From IMG/VR virus record IMGVR_UViG_3300028888_000091: 30,534 nucleotides of DNA, one strand, 5' to 3'. Each line of letters opens with the position of its first letter. The first letter of the stretch is position 1. The position numbers and the translations under genes are program-made. The DNA is from an uncultured virus (IMG/VR IMGVR_UViG_3300028888_000091) (taxonomy: Duplodnaviria; Heunggongvirae; Uroviricota; Caudoviricetes). The notes below the pieces were generated by a model. That model searched no databases. It saw nothing but the letters and a program-made list of their open reading frames with translations, and was not told the DNA's origin. Shown piece by piece: positions 26,246 to 30,534 of this stretch.

Positions 26246-26487
26246 AACGACATAATACTTACTATGTAAGTAGAAATTCAAGTGAAATTATTGTAAATGG
26301 TGCGATGTGAAGTAACCTTTCACATCGTAAGGTGTAAGGTTCGGCATTTGCCGGTTTTTTCCGGTTTATGTCGTTAGGTATCCGGTCTATATCATAACCG
26401 GCATATGTGTAAGATTTCCGACATTGGACTGACTGAAAAGGACTAATCAACAATTTAAGTACACATAAATAACATTAAGTAAGTCAG
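26246..26487 (+). ncRNA. Candidate structured RNA upstream of the cassette array
   Basis: GC-enriched island with at least 6 potential stems; TATA-like GATAATTATATA at ~26227-26238. Confidence 0.4.
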
Positions 26488-26604
26488 AAATTTATTTCCT
26501 TATTTTCCTTATTTTTTCCTTATATTGTCGTATGGATTTGTTTTAAGGTTTAAATCCTTTCAAATCCTTTTTTAATTAAATCAAATAAAAATAAGGTGTT
26601 AATT

Positions 26605-26952
26605 ATGGAAAATAAAAGACAAATAGACATTAATTATAAAATGGACAGTATGGTATCTGATATTGTAGAAATGAAAGATATTATAAATAAAATGTACGAT
26701 ATGGAAAAATTCGTATTAAAACTATCTTTTGAAACTTCATATTCAGACAGTCAGTTTATAAGATTTTGTTTAGAAAATACAATAGGAAATACTACTTTTA
26801 ACAATGGATTAATTGTGTTGTATCATAAATTATACGATATTTCCGACATTAAAAACTTTAATGAAAATGAAATTTTAATTAAGTTTTTTGAAATTCAAAA
26901 GGATTTAAAAGATATTAAAATTAAATTTCAGATTTCAGACAAAAGAGAATAA
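26605..26952 (+). CDS. Cassette 1 hypothetical protein
   Basis: Starts MENKRQ after AAGGTG RBS. Confidence 0.75.
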   Translation: MENKRQIDINYKMDSMVSDIVEMKDIINKMYDMEKFVLKLSFETSYSDSQFIRFCLENTIGNTTFNNGLIVLYHKLYDISDIKNFNENEILIKFFEIQKDLKDIKIKFQISDKRE

Positions 26953-27055
26953 TTATTCTCTTTCTTTCTTTTTATTTTGTTCTTATGGATTTGTTAAGGT
27001 TTAAATCCTTTCAAATCCTTTAATTATGGAAAAAATTAAAAATAAGGTGTTAATT

Positions 27056-27301
27056 ATGAATATAACTAATCGTACATTATTAGACATTGAAATGATTTGT
27101 AATAATTTAATTAAAGTATCCGAACATAATAATTATTTTTTAATCGGATTAGATACCGACAAAATCGGATTAAATTTAACTTATAATGATATTTTGTACA
27201 TAATGAAAAAATTTTATGATAAAATATTATTTTGTTCAAATTTAAAAGGTATCAAATCAATAAAATTACAAAATCATTTAATTATTTTAAACAAATGGTA
27301 A
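27056..27301 (+). CDS. Cassette 2 hypothetical protein
   Basis: Starts MNITNR after AAGGTG RBS. Confidence 0.7.
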   Translation: MNITNRTLLDIEMICNNLIKVSEHNNYFLIGLDTDKIGLNLTYNDILYIMKKFYDKILFCSNLKGIKSIKLQNHLIILNKW

Positions 27302-27406
27302 TTATTACCATTTTATTTTATTTTATTTTATCGTATGGATTTGTTTTAAGGTTTAAATCCTTTCAAATCCTTTATTTTAAAAAATAGTTAAAAATAAGGT
27401 GTAATT

Positions 27407-27778
27407 ATGGAAAATAAACAAAATTATAATAAAGAAAGTGAATTTATAGAAATTTCAGTTAGTAATGATATTTTATTTATGTGTTCAGATTTATATAATT
27501 TTGAACAAATTAAAAAACAATTAACTAAAATTTTTATAAAAATCTTTAAATTTAATGATTTTGTAACAAATGAACAATTTATAAATAAATATTTTGAACA
27601 TTCTTTAAATATGATTTCTGAAAATTTAAACGATAATACTATTAAATCAAATAAAGATTTAAAATATTATATTCAAAATGAAATTTATTTAACAATTTCA
27701 AATAATGAATTTTTATTTAATAAATTTTTCAATAATCAATATTTAAATGTTCAAAATTTCTTATTTGTTAATGAATAA
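27407..27778 (+). CDS. Cassette 3 hypothetical protein
   Basis: MENKQN... Confidence 0.75.
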   Translation: MENKQNYNKESEFIEISVSNDILFMCSDLYNFEQIKKQLTKIFIKIFKFNDFVTNEQFINKYFEHSLNMISENLNDNTIKSNKDLKYYIQNEIYLTISNNEFLFNKFFNNQYLNVQNFLFVNE

Positions 27779-27896
27779 TTTTTAATTATTCATTATTTCT
27801 TTTATTTTATCGTATGGATTTGTTAAAATTAGTTATTTACTAATTAAAAGGTTTAAATCCTTTCAAATCCTTTAAATTAAAAATAAGGTGTAAATT

Positions 27897-28355
27897 ATGG
27901 AAAATAAATTATTTAAAAATGTAGAAAATGAAAATTATTCAAAAGTAAAATTGAACATTTTAAATAAATTAGTAAAAGAAAATAATTATCTTTTAGATAT
28001 TTGTAATAAAATTGAATTATATTTTATTATAAGTAATAAAGATTATATGAAAAAAGATTTTGAAAATTTTATTTATCCACATACTTTTAATAATAAAAAT
28101 CTTTCATATATGGAAAATATACATCATTTGAATGAAAATTCATTTAAATTTTATTTAGAAATAAAAAGATGTAAATTTTCAGATTATAAAGGATTTAAAC
28201 AAATTCTTTTAAAAGAAAATGAATATTTAAAAGATATTATTAAATTTTATTCAGTTTTTATACATAAGAACAATAAAAAATTATTAAAAGAAATAAAAGA
28301 TTTAAATTTAAATGAACAAATTAATAATATTAATATGTTTTATACTAAATTATAA
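27897..28355 (+). CDS. Cassette 4 hypothetical protein
   Basis: MENKLF... Confidence 0.75.
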   Translation: MENKLFKNVENENYSKVKLNILNKLVKENNYLLDICNKIELYFIISNKDYMKKDFENFIYPHTFNNKNLSYMENIHHLNENSFKFYLEIKRCKFSDYKGFKQILLKENEYLKDIIKFYSVFIHKNNKKLLKEIKDLNLNEQINNINMFYTKL

Positions 28356-28457
28356 ATCTTTCTTTCTTTCTTTCTTTTTATCGTATGGATTTGTTTTTAA
28401 GGTTTAAATCCTTTCAAATCCTTTAATTATGGAAAAAATTAAAAATAAGGTGTTTAT

Positions 28458-28736
28458 ATGTCTTTAAAAAAAGTTAATGAAAATTTAAAAATATTAAATG
28501 TTTTTAATGGATTAATTGAACAAAATATTATTTCTGAAAATCATATTTCTAAAAAATGGAACGATTTAAACAAATTAGAAATTATTTTAAATGAATTTTC
28601 AGATAATAATATAATGTTATTTTGGTTTTATTACCACAATGAAAAATTTAATAATTGTTTCATTATGTTGAAAAATTTAGTATATAAAAAATATTCAGAA
28701 ATTAGAAAATATTATTTATTAAATAATAACTTTTAA
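28458..28736 (+). CDS. Cassette 5 hypothetical protein
   Basis: MSLKKV... after RBS. Confidence 0.7.
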   Translation: MSLKKVNENLKILNVFNGLIEQNIISENHISKKWNDLNKLEIILNEFSDNNIMLFWFYYHNEKFNNCFIMLKNLVYKKYSEIRKYYLLNNNF

Positions 28737-28827
28737 TTTCTTTTTATTTCTTTCTTTTTATCGTATGGATTTGTTTTTAAGGTTTAAATCCTTTCAAATC
28801 CTTTAAATTAAAAATAAGGTGTTTTTA

Positions 28828-29070
28828 ATGAAATCAAAAAACTATTATTTAACTAATGATTTTTTAAGGAAAAATAAAATTTATACAAATGATATTTTAT
28901 TAAGGTTACAATATAGTAATTTTAGGATACCTAAAAATAAATTTATGGAAAATAAAAAGACATTTAAAAATAACCAAAAGGTTATTTTTTCTGATGGAAC
29001 ATTTATAAAAGGAAATATATTTAATATTGTACTTAATAAAAGGATTAAAAAATATTATAATATGTTTTAA
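28828..29070 (+). CDS. Cassette 6 hypothetical protein
   Basis: Starts MKSKNY after RBS. Confidence 0.7.
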   Translation: MKSKNYYLTNDFLRKNKIYTNDILLRLQYSNFRIPKNKFMENKKTFKNNQKVIFSDGTFIKGNIFNIVLNKRIKKYYNMF

Positions 29071-29157
29071 TCCTTTCTTTCTTTCTTTTTATCGTATGGA
29101 TTTGTTTTAAGGTTTAAATCCTTTCAAATCCTAAAATAAATTAAATAAGGTGTAATT

Positions 29158-29409
29158 ATGGAAAATAAATTTAATACAAATATTAAAAAAAGTAATAAAA
29201 TAGTATTTGAAAAATTAGAAAATGAACAATACAATATTAAATTTTATAATGATAATAAAATTGTTAATGATTTTTTATTTATTTTGAACATTAAAACAAT
29301 TTTAAAATTAATTAATAAAAAAAATATTGTATTATTATCTGAAAATGTTTTATTATCTAAAATATTTTTAACTGATTTAATTAATAAAAAAGGATTAATT
29401 TATTTATAA
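29158..29409 (+). CDS. Cassette 7 hypothetical protein
   Basis: MENKFN... Confidence 0.7.
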   Translation: MENKFNTNIKKSNKIVFEKLENEQYNIKFYNDNKIVNDFLFILNIKTILKLINKKNIVLLSENVLLSKIFLTDLINKKGLIYL

Positions 29410-29507
29410 ATCCTTTTTTCTTTTTTATTTTGTTCTTATGGATTTGTTAAGGTTTAAATCCTTTCAAATCCTTTTTTAAATAAATCAAATAAAAATAAGG
29501 TGTAATT

Positions 29508-29891
29508 ATGGAAAATAAATTAATTTTAAATGTTAAAATTGAAAATTCAGAAAATGGAAAAATTGAAAGTATTACTAAAATAGAAAAATTATTATATTTT
29601 ATTATCATTAAATCTTTAAAAAATGTTCCTATCGAATATTTAAAAAATAATGATGTTAAATTAAATAAATATGGATTTTCTATTAGTTATAATATTTATA
29701 ATGGACAATTACAATTTAATAATAATGATAATTATTATTTAAATAATATTAGACATATTTTATTAAAATATAATATTAATAATGTAATTGAATATATTTT
29801 AATTGAATTAGAAAAATATATTATAAATTATTATGATTATGTAAAAAATAATGAACAATTAATAAATGAATTATCTTTAATTTATTTATAA
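29508..29891 (+). CDS. Cassette 8 hypothetical protein
   Basis: MENKLI... Confidence 0.75.
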   Translation: MENKLILNVKIENSENGKIESITKIEKLLYFIIIKSLKNVPIEYLKNNDVKLNKYGFSISYNIYNGQLQFNNNDNYYLNNIRHILLKYNINNVIEYILIELEKYIINYYDYVKNNEQLINELSLIYL

Positions 29892-29997
29892 TATTTATCT
29901 TTCTTTTTTTCTTTTTTCTTTTTTATTTTGTTCTTATGGATTTGTTTTAAGGTTTAAATCCTTTCAAATCCTTTAAATTAAAAATAAGGTGTTTTTA

Positions 29998-30240
29998 ATG
30001 AAATTCAATAAATTAAATCAAAATTGTTTTTATTTAGAAATCGGAAATAAAGTAATACTTATAAGTTATGAAAGTATTATCGGATTAATTGAAAATAATA
30101 TTTTATATATTTCTGAACATTATTTAAATTTTAGTAATACTACAAATAAACATATAAGTTTATTTAAACAAAATTTAAATTATGAAAATGAAATTATAAT
30201 AAATAATGAACAATTATATAAATTAGTTAATGTTATTTAA
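29998..30240 (+). CDS. Cassette 9 hypothetical protein
   Basis: Starts MKFNKL; contains LISYESIIG...FSNTTNKHI. Confidence 0.75.
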   Translation: MKFNKLNQNCFYLEIGNKVILISYESIIGLIENNILYISEHYLNFSNTTNKHISLFKQNLNYENEIIINNEQLYKLVNVI

Positions 30241-30288
30241 TTAATTTATTATTTTTTTATATTTTTTTCAAATAAAAAGGTGTGTAAA

Positions 30289-30363
30289 ATGAACATTAAA
30301 ATATTTTCTGAAATGTTTTTAATAATATTTATGATAGAAATAATATTATGTTTTATTTTTTAA
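30289..30363 (+). CDS. Hydrophobic mini-protein (24 aa), second gene of cassette 9
   Basis: AAGGTG RBS; MNIKIFSEMFLIIFMIEIILCFIF; no core repeat upstream. Confidence 0.45.
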   Translation: MNIKIFSEMFLIIFMIEIILCFIF

Positions 30364-30467
30364 AATATTTTTTCTTTCTTTCTTTTTATCGTATGGATTT
30401 GTATTTTAAAGGTTTAAATCCTTTCAAATCCTTTTTTAATTAAATCAAATAAAAATAAGGTGTAATT

Positions 30468-30534
30468 ATGAAAAAAAATATTTATAGTAAGGAAATTTTA
30501 AATAAAAAAAGTTTTTTTGATAAAATAAATTATA
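30468..30534 (+). CDS. Cassette 10 protein (partial)
   Basis: MKKNIYSKE... runs off the window end. Confidence 0.65.
   Translation, partial: MKKNIYSKEILNKKSFFDKINY

Larger units (their letters stand above)
26528..30470 (+). repeat. Ten copies of intergenic element GGATTTG-(N2-25)-AAGG-TTTAAAT-CCTTT-CAAATCC plus AAATAAGGTG RBS
   Basis: Cores at 26534-26567, 26987-27018, 27337-27370, 27816-27870, 28387-28421, 28767-28801, 29098-29131, 29440-29471, 29938-29971, 30395-30431. Confidence 0.95.

Noticed and set aside
26262..26453. 63-aa minus-strand ORF
   Set aside because: Non-ATG start, opposite to the local gene direction; the open frame is explained by locally higher GC.
26300..26490. Group II intron (GTGCG at 26300) or hammerhead ribozyme
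   Set aside because: No domain V/VI and no CUGANGA...GAAA core with matching stems found.
8997..29998. Longer starts in the ORF track (9341, 11055, 14502, 15487, 16126, 18776, 26596, 27026, 28819, 29989)
   Set aside because: The RBS and the conserved MTE/MENK-type starts lie downstream; several of the longer starts are the GTG/ATG inside the RBS itself.
26528..30470. CRISPR array interpretation of the ten ~35-bp palindromic repeats
   Set aside because: The intervening segments are ~300-540 bp and each holds an RBS and an ORF; no cas genes are present.

Overview
Very AT-rich 30.5 kb segment of a tailed dsDNA virus (Caudoviricetes). The host is most likely a methanogenic archaeon (Methanobacteriales-like), inferred from BRE+TTTATATA promoters, GGTGA Shine-Dalgarno sites, a TFB-like protein, an XPF/ERCC4 nuclease and an archaeal-type ThyA. 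The left 23.5 kb is all on the minus strand. It carries packaging genes (terL, terS, HNH, ParB-like), a metallophosphoesterase, thymidylate synthase and an RNA ligase. These are followed by a ~10.8 kb run of ~44 tiny genes joined by a conserved ~30-bp junction (encoding ...GDLE* / MTEKRF...), then DUF3310, a tRNA-like element, a DUF2828/vWA (TROVE/Ro60-like) gene preceded by two tandem co-varying hairpin units (Y-RNA-like candidates) and an ERCC4 nuclease. A ~2.3 kb non-coding block follows, with nested inverted repeats, iteron-like repeats and a candidate structured RNA. The right end is an array of at least 10 orphan gene cassettes on the plus strand. Each is preceded by a near-identical element with tRNA acceptor-stem + T-arm (minihelix) geometry whose left and right flanks occur in mixed combinations. 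The two cassette arrays and the Ro/Y-like RNA locus are the main candidates for undescribed systems. All calls come from reading motifs by eye; no searches were run.
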